Of a stretch of 64,000 nt of DNA, positions 47,747-59,852 are shown piece after piece; position 1 is the first letter of the stretch, and every line of letters starts with the position of its first letter. The notes under the pieces were generated by a model. It searched no databases. It was given only the letters and a program-made list of their open reading frames with translations, and was not told the DNA's origin. The translations under genes and the position numbers were made by a program. The stretch comes from Monocercomonoides exilis PA203. Its lineage: Eukaryota; Protista; Preaxostyla. The stretch spans positions 1,240,001 through 1,304,000 of the forward strand of contig LSRY02000011.1 in assembly GCA_001643675.2 (NCBI GenBank), in the 5' to 3' direction.

Positions 47747-47986
47747 GGCATGTTTTTTTCGAAAAATTCCTTTTGAAAATTTTTCTAATTTAATATTAAT
47801 TAAAAATTTTAATCAAAATTTTGTTCCCACTGATAAAACTTCACAACAATGGAAACAAAACCAAAACAATGTTATTATTATTATTATTGTGAAGTTTCGT
47901 GAGTGAGAACAGATATTTGATTGAAGAATGCAATATTTATTTTATTTAAAATTTTGTCAAAAGAAAGTTATCAAAAAACATTGGCC
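47747..47986. mobile_element. 240-bp GGC MITE, 4-bp TSD AGAT
   Basis: AGAT|GGCATGTTTTTTTCGAAAAATTCCTTTTG...CAAAAAACATTGGCC|AGAT. Similar to the 1072 and 6630 copies. Confidence 0.72.
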
Positions 47987-48187
47987 AGATCACATTTGTT
48001 AGAAAAAAATTCAAAAAAATATTTTATATAATAGCTATTAATAATATATGTTAGAAATTCTATTTTTTTTCCTGAAAGTTCTCTGGAGAGTCAGAAATAT
48101 TGAGTCCTGATAAAAAAAGGTGGATATGATAAATTTCTAACTAATTCATTCACTTTCAAACCAGTTAAATTATCCATCCGGACATAT

Positions 48188-48442
48188 TGGTGATTATTTT
48201 TGAAAGTATGTTTTTTCATACAAAAATTACTGTTCAAAAATTTCACTTGAATATTAACCAATGAACATTGAAAAGTGAAAAGGGATATTGAAGACATTTT
48301 TATCTTTGATTTGGAAATAACATTTGTTTTTGAAACAGTAGTTATAATTTTATCATTTGAATACAAAAACACTTCCTATTGACAAACAATGTTTTAAAAA
48401 TCAATACCCCGAAAAAAGATATGATTTCATAAACAATGACCC
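48188..48442. mobile_element. Degenerate copy of the 9503 MITE, TSD ATAT
   Basis: Colinear with 9503-9757 and the same length (255 bp). ATAT on both sides. Confidence 0.75.
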
Positions 48443-48629
48443 ATATCTTCTTTATATTCATTCTCTAGAAAGAATTATCATTTCAAACATCTGCGTTTTT
48501 GATAAAAAATCCTTCGTGGATAAAAGAAACACAAATACTTTCCAGGAATGTGTTTGTTTCGATCACATTGATGTTTCACGCAACAGATTGCGAACAAAAT
48601 ATTTTTCAAAATTACATAATTATTCCAAG

Positions 48630-49620
48630 ATGATGAGGCAACATTGAATTTGCTAATGAGATTTTGACATTTTGTTGTTAACAGAAGATGCCCAAAGTGC
48701 AAAAAAAACTTCTTTGTAGAAGCTCGAGATGGTTTCAGAAATTACAGGTGTGGTTGATGAGTGAAATACTGATATGAATGTGAATAACTTATTGAAAAAA
48801 TCAAGAAGGATTGTTGAGAAAATGATGAAGCTTTTTTTGTATTTCTGGATAATCATTGAAATTGATTAGAGCAGCTTGCTGACTGATGTTTCTTGACAAA
48901 CTGAAGTGGAATAGTATTCATTTGGAAGAGCATGAATGGATATTTTCTTCTCAACTTCTTTGGAAAAGCTTTGTTGTCCCAATATAATGATTGAAATTGA
49001 TGAAACAATTCGACGAAAAAGAAAATTTTCATAATACGAATGAGGAAAGAACCAGATATGTTTATTTGGGAGTAACAGAACGAAAACAAAAAGGAAAGAA
49101 AATGAAAATTTTCAATATTTGTGTGAAAAATAGAAAAAATATTTATTGGTTTAATTGTCGAAAATGATACAATGAAATTATCAATTATTCAACAAAATGA
49201 TAAAAAAGTTTTCTGTTCTTTGTCGTTGTTAAAATATGATCATCACATTGTTTTCAACGAAGACAGTTTTGAAGATCCAGAATGTTGAATTTGCTCAAAT
49301 ATTGTTGAAAGTGCATTGTCAAGTTTTTATTAATCACTTCCAAGAAATGGGACTAAAGAAAAATATATTGATGACTCTGTGAAAAGCTTTTGTTCAAAAA
49401 AGATCAGAGATACTATATTTTGAAGATTTCATACAAAAATAACTTGTTTTATTGCCCCTCAATTTCGAAAAAAATTAGACGAAACTGAAAAAAATGAAAC
49501 TGAAGAATCTGATGAAAGTGAAGAACCAGTTTAAAAATGAAAATGATGAAGAAACTGAAGAAGAATCTGATTCTTTAGGAGCGGGCAATTGTGCAGATGC
49601 ATCAGAGAATGAAATGAGAC
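48630..49620 (+). pseudogene. Heavily decayed Merlin-type transposase
   Basis: RCPKCK, IEIDET..RKRK, FEDPE.*ICSNIVE and an acidic tail, colinear with 46414-47444. Limits are approximate. Confidence 0.65.
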
Positions 49621-50006
49621 AAATTTATTTTTTTCTTTCATCATTTGATCCCTTGCATAAATAATTTTTTTGTTAAATTCAGTTTTGTTTTTTTTTCAAA
49701 ACCCGGAGTTAGAGGTTTCCTAAATTATTATTATACAACAAATATAAACATTCAAAACAAAAATGAGCTGAATTTGGATTATGGCGTATTGTTTCCTTCT
49801 GCTCATGTTTATTATGATTTGATTGCAGAAAAAGTTTGGAACAAAAAGTGAAAATTTGTTAAATACAAGAATTATGACCCAAATACATTGGATTTTTTCC
49901 TCATTGTTGTAGTTTTTATTTTTTCACCGTTTCGTAAAATAAAAAATTATCTGTCATTTTCAAAAAATTTATAATTATTTTTAACCTTTTTTTAATGCTT
50001 CGTGTT

Positions 50007-50037
<31 letters not shown>

Positions 50038-50405
50038 AAGAAAAAACATATATTTAAGGAATATTGTTTAAAGTGCCCTAATTCATTACTTTTTCCAAAA
50101 ATCATCAAACATTAAACAAAGAATAACTATGTGCATTTGTTTGCTGAAGAGTTTCTTAGCTAAACGAAAAAAAATAAATATTAATTTTAATGAAAACGAA
50201 AATGAAATATGGATGTTACTCGAATATTTCGCACTAACAGTTATCAAAGCCAAAACCAAATAATAATTTTGGAAAATTTCAAAGCATAACATTCAATAAA
50301 ATTAATAATAATAAGTCTAAATGAGAAATAAGACAAAAGAAAGATTCATAGACTCTCAAGATTATAAAAAGAAAAATAGCTTTGTGTGAAATGCAAGTTA
50401 AAACA

Positions 50406-52167
50406 TTACTTCGAGATATTTCTCACTCTCGCAAATTCCAAACGAAGTTGGTTCATTGCAGACAGGAACGAATCACTCACTTGTGTTGTTGCAGCGTTTT
50501 TCCTGCGCGTAACAGAAATATGCTGCTTGAAAAATGGATGGAGAAGAAGAGATATCAAAGACAAATGAGGGGTTGAGAAAACATGTGTGCAAAATGAATG
50601 CAAAAGAGGATGAGTTGGAATTGAAGTAGGAAGCTGCATGGGATGGGTAAGCTCAAATCCCTGTAAATTTTAATGTTGAATAAATATGATAATAACAATC
50701 ACAAAAAAATAGTTAGAAACAATCAGAGAAATCAAACTGAAGCCATTTCATAAGCAACAACAGCAAAGGAGAGTACATCAGGATTGATCTGCGAAAGAGA
50801 CAAAAACTTTCGTGTCTGTTGAATGTTTTCCATGCATGACTGCTCTGCGTTATCTCCACTGCCACTTGATGATGATGAACTTTTAGTCTTCTCTTCATCG
50901 TCTGAATCGTCTTCGTCTTTCACTTTCTTCGCACTTTCAGCATCTTCCTCTTCATTTTCAGAAGAGAGCCCAGCTTCTGCCCTTTGATCGATAGCATCTC
51001 GCAATATTTGTGGGCGCGGAGAAACTCCAAGCAGCGAATTCCAATAATCAGTCAAACTTTCATTTGAAATAGAAAAATATTTTGTTTAAAAAGAAAAAGA
51101 AATGGATAGATAATGAAAGTAAAGTTAAAAAAAATAATATCAAAACGTACAATGCTGTTTCGCTTCCCTGTATTAGAATGTTACTAGATGTGATGTGCCC
51201 GCATTGATAGTGATGCTTCCTCAAAAACAGAACTGCTTCGAGTATCTGAAACAGAAACTCGCTAATTAGTTCCTCGCTCATTGTTGGCCTTTTTTTGAGC
51301 TTTTTCTCCGAAAGAAGATTGAAGCCTACAGAACATCCCATGTCACGGAGAGAGCCATTTGTTGCTATTGGCGTGATGATAAGCAGAGATGGAGATCCTC
51401 CACGCGACTTAGAAAATGACACATGAAGACATGGGATGATGTGTGGATGCTGTAAGTTGTCAATAAAACAATGAGCACATAAAACCAGGAGACCGTTAAC
51501 AAATTTTCAATTGAAAAATTAAATAACTTAAGCAAACTCGAATGGATGTTAAAACAGTAGACACAGCTTTGCGAATTCCATCATCTTCTAACAGCAAAGT
51601 ACAATCTTCTCCCTTGATTCATTTAAAAAACCTCAAATTTTTTTCACAAACACTTGAAATCAAACCTTTTCAATCAGTTGGGCCATGCAAGGTAGATTTT
51701 GCTTTTCATGAGTCACCTGGAAGTAGTGTTTGTCAAGCCTTGTTCCTATTAATCCAAATGAACCAGAATACTCCCATTTATCAATACTTCTCAAGCACAA
51801 CTGAACAGCAATTTCGGCCTATTAAATATACGTTTCAATCATGAATGCGGTAATGTGGGTCTTTTTGGGAAATATTCTTATAAAAAACCTGATTGTTTCT
51901 TTGAATCAAATTTGCTTTTGAATCGTCTTTAACTTTCCGAGGTGCTAAAAGAGGATATCTTTCAGGATCTATTGCAATTTTTTGCGAGCGTCTGCAACAG
52001 CATACAATTACTGTTATTAAGACGCACACAAAAACAAAAGATCTATAAAAAATACACAGAAGAACAGAAGTCGACAGTTAGAATTGCAAAAACTTAAACA
52101 TCTTAAAAATTATTTTAAATTATTTTCCAAACGTGCTTGCAATTGTGGCTATGAGCCACACTTCCAT
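50406..52167 (-). CDS. PXK/Slob-like pseudokinase with N-terminal transmembrane anchor (multi-exon)
   Basis: MEVWLIATIA..FVFVCVLITVIVCCCRR. QLCLRSIDKWEYSGSFGLIGTRLDKHYF resembles PXK FFRSEPKWE..IGWRIRKKYF. Also HPHIIP, NGSLRD, QILEAVLFL, GHITSSNIL, DVLSFAVVAYEM and LLLHPFF. Confidence 0.72.
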
Positions 52168-52242
52168 CGAAATGAATTTGAATAATTTTTATGAAGGGTT
52201 GCCCAGAATTAAACATTTTTGAAATCAGTTCCACTTTTTTGT

Positions 52243-53731
52243 ATGGAAGCGCAGATTCCATCGCAAAATTTACGAATATTTCTCCGTGCAATTACTTGTT
52301 GCGCAAAAATTGGCGATGAACTTTACTTGAGAGGTCGCCCAGATGGAGTTTGCTGGAATTCTTTTGAATATATTAGTATTTAATTGGATAAAACATTTGT
52401 TCAGCTTAACATTTCCATTGTAAATTCTACTCGTTCTGTGTTTTTTTCATTCGCATTTCATTCATTATTCTTTGATAATTACACGGTTATTGATGAAAAT
52501 GCTACAAGATGTAAAATTCAACTAAGAGTATGCTTTTAATAATAAATTTGCACAATTTATTTTTTAAAAAAATAATTAGCAATTTTTATCTGCACTTAAA
52601 GTTTTTAAGCCATTTGATGTTTCAAATGAAAGCAAATACATACTTCGCATCACAACTGAACCTCCAAGAGTTGTCGTTCAATACACAAGTTCAGGTATGA
52701 TTGAAGAGCATGCGCATAAAAATTTAACAATTGCATTTTTTAAGATGGCATTGTGCGAGCGAAGTCATTGACATTTGAATCATCAAGAGCTGTTCATGCA
52801 GCAACTGCTCAGAACACTCCCGGAAAAGTATGTAAATTTTCAACAGTTATCACTCTTTTGCATTTAAGCAATTTTGTTGAAATAGATCCAGTGCAGTCCA
52901 GCTGTATTTGATCATCCTTCGCTTGCAAAAGTCACAGAAGTTGAACTGCAATTTAGAGCGGACAGCATAAAAATGCTCAACTTTGTTGAATCTCAGCCAG
53001 GTTAAGATAATATTTTCCTGAGCGAATGACATAGTTTCTAAATATTTTCTTCTCTTTTCTCAATTTGCTCTGTTCTTGTACATGCGGAAACAAACAAATG
53101 TCACAGGCACCGAAAAGAGGATGAAGACCGCAATTACGATTAGAGTAGCACCACCACATTTTTCTCAGTACGAAATACCTTCGATGGACAGAATCGAGGA
53201 AGAGGGCGAAAAAGAAGGGAGAATGGAATCAGATGAAAGCAAAAGTGATCGAATGAAGGAAAGAGGCGATGAAGAAAATGATGTCATGACAACACCTTCA
53301 AAGCGAACAACTTTTGAAGGAGGAAGTGCTCTTCCTTCGTTCACTTCGATTTCCTCTTTCTCTGCTTCTTCCGCTTCGAATGCAAGCGCCTTGACATCTT
53401 CATATTCAAAGCCCTTTTCGCTCATCTTCTGCGTGAAAGAGTTTCGCGCTCTACTTCACTTCACGTCGGGCATAGGCAGCCCAATCACTCTTTCTTTTAG
53501 TCAGCCTGGAAAGTATGTGCAATGTCATTTTTATTTTTTTCCTCGTTCTCTTATAAATTTCTCTTTTTTCATTTAATTTTATAATTTCACTTTTCATCTT
53601 TTTCGTTTTTTTTCTTTTCTCCATTGAATTCTTTGGCCAATAGACCTCTTTGCATTTCACTCAACATTGACAGATATTTGCAAGCCAACTTTGTTCTGGC
53701 AACTCTTCTTGTGAGATCAGATATTGAATGA
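52243..53731 (+). CDS. RAD9: Rad9 subunit of the 9-1-1 checkpoint clamp (multi-exon)
   Basis: IFLRAITCCAKIGDELYL..DG|LNISIVNSTRS..F..LFFDNY and IFCVKEFRALLHF....PITLSFSQPG|.PL...ANFVLATL are hallmark Rad9 motifs. Confidence 0.9.
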
Positions 53732-54189
53732 AATCGAGTAGCTTTTTTATCTTTCTTTTTCATTTGTAATCTTTTGTTTGTTAAAGTCTTCTGCTCCCAG
53801 CCAAAATTGGATTCGTCATATTTGTTTAAGATTTTGAGTATGTGATTTTCAAAGTTATATTTCTTTGAAGCCTTTTACGCATGCATTAATTATGTTTTGT
53901 GTTCATTTGTATTTTTGCGTTTTAGTGCAAATATTTATTATCACTGAATAAGGAATTATGTTTTTCTGTTAAAAATTTGAAAATGCATTTTCCTTTGATG
54001 AATAATTTATTCAAAGCATCATTTTTTAGGCTTAACATTCTCAAAAGATCTCGGTGCACTTTTCTATTCATTGACATTGCCATTTCATTGTTTCAATTCA
54101 TTTCTATTTCACATCTATTTCCTTTATGACGCTTGTTTGGCGGTTTTTTTGAATGATAGGAATAAAATTGACAGCCATAAGAGAAAGAA

Positions 54190-55500
54190 ACTCTCTGCGC
54201 GTTGTCTTGTTAAACAAAAAATGATATGGTTTTTGAAGGTCTCGTATTTGTTTTGAATGATTGCAGATTTGCTTTTGCAACAGATATAATGTGCTTCTGA
54301 GGAAACAAAGAGAGTGCAGAAGAAACGATAAATAATTGGTACTGATGAGAAAAAAAAAGAATTCGCTTTTGGATTAGCGGGCGTTTGTGCGATTAAATGG
54401 ATAAAATGATTGGAGAAAAGAAATTGCATCTTGAAGATGTTGCAATGCTGTTGAATCACTTGTGCTGCTGCAAGTCTAAAAAAATAAATAAACATTTATG
54501 CTTCGATAAACCTTTGCAAAACATAAGATCTGTGAAGATAATTAAAGAAGAAAAGGGGGTAAAAAAAAATAGTTCATTTGATCTTTGAGTGTGCTATGTT
54601 TCTCTGAGAGGAAAGTTCCAACCCAAATTGAAGACAATTTGAGAAACCTGCCTTTTGAAAATCGAGTTTAGCAAAGAGGAAAACTTGATAATACAGAAAG
54701 AAATGGAAATTACCCAGCTGTATTTGAACAACATTGGAAAATTAATTACAAACTCATATCTGCTCAGTCGATAACGTTTTTTTGACATTTGTAAATTCAA
54801 AAATGCTTTATTTTATTAAAGTTTTGCACGAACAAGATTACAGAAATCATCGATTGCCATCAAAAGGATTGCTATGTGAAAAGATTCCTTTCAGAATTAG
54901 TTGGAATATTTTGCGAGTAAGAAATATTGAAAAAGAGCATTTCGCACATCTAAATATGTTTTTAATTTTCATTTCATGAAAGAAGGTACAAGGAAATTAG
55001 CTGTGCTGAGAAGTTATGTGTACGTTAAATACTTAAAGTTGATTAATTGCAAACAAAAGTTGAGACGACATTCAACAAGTGGACAAATACTTAGTATTGA
55101 AAATCGCATTCGTGCATTTAATAGAGAAAAGCATCTTCAGTATGTTGGATGATTTTATGGGCTGCCCAAACTTCAAAGAACAGTCGTTAGCAATGAATAA
55201 CGTATAAGTCAATGTTTTTTGTGGCTTAGCTGAGGACAATCATAGAATTCGCCTCAATAATTTGAAAAATGGAATATGTTTCAAGTTTTGTTTTGGAGAA
55301 ATTTGCATACAAGAACTTGAAAGCATTCAACGATAAATCTGGTTGATAATCTTTTCAAAACCGATAAAAATGATAAAATGATGCACTTATGCAGACAAAT
55401 GATGAAAAATTCAAAATTGTCAAAAGAGAGTAGATTCAAAAGCCGGATATAAATAAATGAAGAATGTTATAGCAAATTGTTATTCAAGAAAATGCGATGA
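54190..55500 (+). pseudogene. Decayed copy of a lineage-expanded helical protein family
   Basis: MDKMIGEKKLHLEDVAMLLNHLCCCK..FDK..KIIKEEKG..DL*VCYVSL resembles, from memory, a large oxymonad multigene family. Many stops and frameshifts; limits are approximate. Confidence 0.45.
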
Positions 55501-55812
55501 AATTGAAGTTTGTGAATATTAAAGTTATCCAATAAAGAATATTTTCTCGTAATTTCAAAACATTTCAAGTCAAAAGAAAGACGAATAACTGTATTTCATT
55601 CATCATGATATGCTATGGCAAGCCATCAACAATTTATCAAAGTAAATAATGAAGTTCAAATCATTAATAAGTAAATTTTCATAATTGTTCGATCTTTGGT
55701 GTTACATAATTTAGAAATTGACCTAAATACCCTTTTCGACTGATCGAGTTTTTTATCTCCAAATATCCCACTTCACCGTTTATCCGTTGCAGCGACAAAT
55801 TTTCGTGAGTAA

Positions 55813-58800
55813 ATGGATCCGCTTGATATCCCAGAGGAGACAAAAAGCGTTGAAAAAGATCCAAGTGGAAGATATGTGAAGGTTTCCAAATCATTGCCTT
55901 TTATTTTATGAGAATAAAATGTTTCAAATTAATTCTTAAATAATTTTAGTATTCAAACGAAGTTGTAGAGAAGTCTCCATTTAAAGAAGTATTTGTCGCT
56001 TATGACAGTGAAAACGGAAATGAAGTTACATGGACCCAATATCTTCTCAAAAACACACAACCAAGTGACTTTTCCAGCATACAATTAGAGGTTTTTTATT
56101 TTTAGATTTTTTCCTTTATTTTTAATAAAATTAAACAAACATTTACTGCTCAAACTGCAATATTCCTTTTTTTCTATTTTTACTGTAATAGATCAATTCT
56201 TTGAAAGAGATAACTCATCCGAATATACTCAATTTGTTTGATTATTGGGTTATCGAAGAAAAGCAAATGCTTATATACATTACCGAAAAAATGAGCTCAG
56301 GAACTTTGAAAGAGTTTGTTCTTTTTTTATAAAATAGATTCATAAAATTTTATCTCCATAAAACGCATGACGCCTACAATTGAAGTTACATTATTCAACA
56401 TGGAATTCCAAATTTGTCAGTTACCTGCAAACGGTGCAGACAAATGCTAACTGCATTAGATTTTCTTCACTCTCAAATTCCACCCGTTGTTCATCAAGAT
56501 GTAAAAAGTGAAAATATCTACATCAACGGCCAAACAGGAAAGGTAAAACTGGGGGAATTCGGCATTTCAAGTAAATTAAAGCAATTTCTTCGAGGCTCTC
56601 TCACAACCAATTTGGAGTATACTGCCCCTGAACAGGCATCAGGTGAGCAATCAACGAAAGTGGATATATACGGATTTGGTCTGTGCCTTCTAGAAATGGT
56701 AACTGGAAGGGCACCATACGAAGAATGCAAGACAGAGATTCAGATTCTTCAGAAGATATTATCTGGAATTGAGCCTGAAGCACTTGAGACAATTTCAGAT
56801 GAAGAAACAAAGCGCATAATTCGAATGTGCATTTCGACAAATCCAGATAACCGTCCATCGGCTAAAGAGCTATTAGCGATGGAGTATTTCCAGCCAACAA
56901 AAGAAGAAGAAGAAGAGGAGGAGGAGGAAGAATATGAAGATGAAATTACTAATGAAGATGACACTTCATTGACTGATAGGCAATCTGTGAGTGAAAAGAA
57001 AGAATACGTCGAAGCATACACGACGGACGACTCTGAGCAAGTTGCTTCATCTTCTTCGCAGCCGTCGGATGCTTCGTATTTACCATCTTCCTCGTCTTTT
57101 TCTCAATCTCCTTCGTTTTCATCTGCTGTTCCATCTTCAGAGCAACCTTCTGCTTCAGCAGCAATTTCTTCTTCCACTTCATTCCCCTCATCTTCTCTTC
57201 CGTCCATTACCTCTCCGCCCTCTGTGCGAGCAACCCCAACCACCCAAAGCCCCTCAGAGTCCAGGGAAGGCAACAGCAACTACATGCCAACATTCCTCGA
57301 AAAACCTTCCCAAGAATACTCAGATGCATCTGCAGCTGCAGTCACAGCCTCTCTTCTTGCGAGAGAAGGCGAGGCTGCGCACAGAGAACCCACCACACCT
57401 TCATTTTCGCCATCTCAGTCCATATCCTCACTTCACCCACATCACACAGCCACACCACCCACTGCCTCATCTCTTTCATTTCAGCCAATCGTCCCTCATC
57501 TTCAATCATCAACAACAGCAACAGCGACTCCATCCACTTTCGCAACCCTGCCGCTGTCTACACCCCAAACACAGACCCAACCTCAGCCTCAGCCTCAGCC
57601 ACAGTCACATCCATCAACCCCGTCAGCTGCTGCCACACTCTCTTCCCTTCCACCTAATGTCGTGCCATATATCTCTCATTTCCTCTTCCAGTGCCTCAAG
57701 CAGTCCAAAAGCGGCGGGGACATGTTTCAAACACTGCATTCGATGAAGGAGAAGTTCATCGAAGCGACACGGCGTGATAGGCAAGAGAGGCTGAGTCACA
57801 TCCATTCAGCATATCTGACACCCACCTCCACTTCACTGTCACATCCATCGACTTTGCCTGTGCTCAACAGCGAGTCCAGCTCTAAGGAGAAAACAGGAGC
57901 ACGCACAGACAATGCACGCCAGGCGCTGCCCCCATCTGACCAGATAACACTGTCGATGAGTATGCCTGCTGATATGTCGATGGTGTCTCCCTCACAGTCG
58001 CCGTCTCAGAGCACAGCCAATCTGCACTACGGTGCTAAAACAGACCCTTCGCTGCATTCGATGAATGGACAGCGTTTGATAAAGGAGCCTATTCCGTCGT
58101 CATCATCATCGTCATCTTCATCTTCTTCAGGCTCCATTCCATATTCTGGGAGCACCCCACAGTCAACCGACGCAATCAACAAGCTGCTCTCTTCACTCAC
58201 TCCGCAGCAGCACATGGCTCTTCTGGCACATCTGTCTCTGCTCCAGTCAAAAATGGCTGGGGCAGGCTCAGCTGCCTCTCATCTGGACAAAACACTGTCA
58301 AGCTCTTATTCCACGCGCAGCAGTGTGAATCTGCTGTCCCATCAACATCTTCATCAGCAGCACCAGCAACATCAACAGCATCTTCAGCATCTGCAGCAGA
58401 ATGCAGAGCAACTCATGGGATCACATCACCATCACTATCACTCACATCACCATTCACAACAACCACAACAGACACAGACACAACAACAGCAACAGCAGCA
58501 GCAACAGGCCAGCAAAGCAGAAGGCACACAAGATTCAACAGAACAGAACGAGAAAGACGAGTCAAAGACTGGGGCAGGCGCTGCGGATATGAAAGCGGTG
58601 AATCCTATGTCACCGAATCTGCATCGTATGCACTCAAATAGATTGCATCATGGACATCGCAAAGAGGAGAATGCGACTGGACAACAGATAAATGATACAG
58701 AGCACACACAAACTGGGAAAGAACAAGATGCCAGTCAGCATCCACTTGAAGGAGACAGAAAGAGCAGCTTGCCCCGCTCAGAAATCGGACTGATTGGAAC

Positions 58801-59821
58801 ATCTCCTCCACCACCGCAACAACCACAGATGCAGATGCAGTCACAGACTCAGACTCAGACACAGTCTACTCAAGGCTCAACAACTTCACACAACGAACCA
58901 GTGGATCATCCACAAGGCTCTTATTCGCCGTCTCCATCGATGCCATCGCAGAACCCGCCAGAACTCACCGCACATCAGTTCTCAACGCTTCTGTCGCTGA
59001 TTGTGGAGAGAGCGAAGAAAGAACAATTGATTGGACAGAAGCTGAGGCAGCACCACATGTCAAACTACGAGAGACACAAAGGCGATAAAGCATCGCTTGA
59101 ACAGACTCCCAATGAAAATAGGGCGAATTTTCACACTTTACAGCAGAAAAGTGTGTCGTGCGCTTATTTGCCCACTTTTCTGGATACAATGGCACATCCT
59201 CATACGTCTCCGCTGTCTTCGGGGTATCTACCATTCAATCAGCAGTCATCAGCTACTGATTCACTACACCCACACATTCAGCCAGCCAATCCTGCTAACA
59301 GCACAACAGCTGCTGCTGCTTCTGCTGGTCCAGCCACAAGCGAACAAATAGAAGGACGTTCTTCAGCTGAATCTCCAAGCTTAAGTGCACAACAAACACC
59401 ATCAACTTATGCAATATCCCCATCAACCAGCGAGGCTATTGAAGGAGCTCATCAAATCCCACAGATACAGCTACAGTCTCAACAGGGCGCCAATCAAGAC
59501 CTTTACACCACAGTCAAGTCCACCACGCTTTCCTCGGACTCTGCTTTTGACACGATCCATTCCACATCCTCGCACCACCCGTATGTGTCTGACATATTCG
59601 GTGCCCGTGTAGCATCCAGTGTGTTCAACCAGCTGACACAGCTGCTGAATCCACAGAGCAGATCGTCTGAAGACGTCAGCCCATCTCTGACACCATCAGA
59701 GACAATTGGATCGAATTACTACCAGTCGCCTACTATTGATGACAAGACACCTGGATTAGCTCACCAGGCAGAGCTGCATGGGCAGTCAGCTTCTGCCTCT
59801 TCTTCTCCATCCTCATCATCG

Positions 59822-59852
<31 letters not shown>

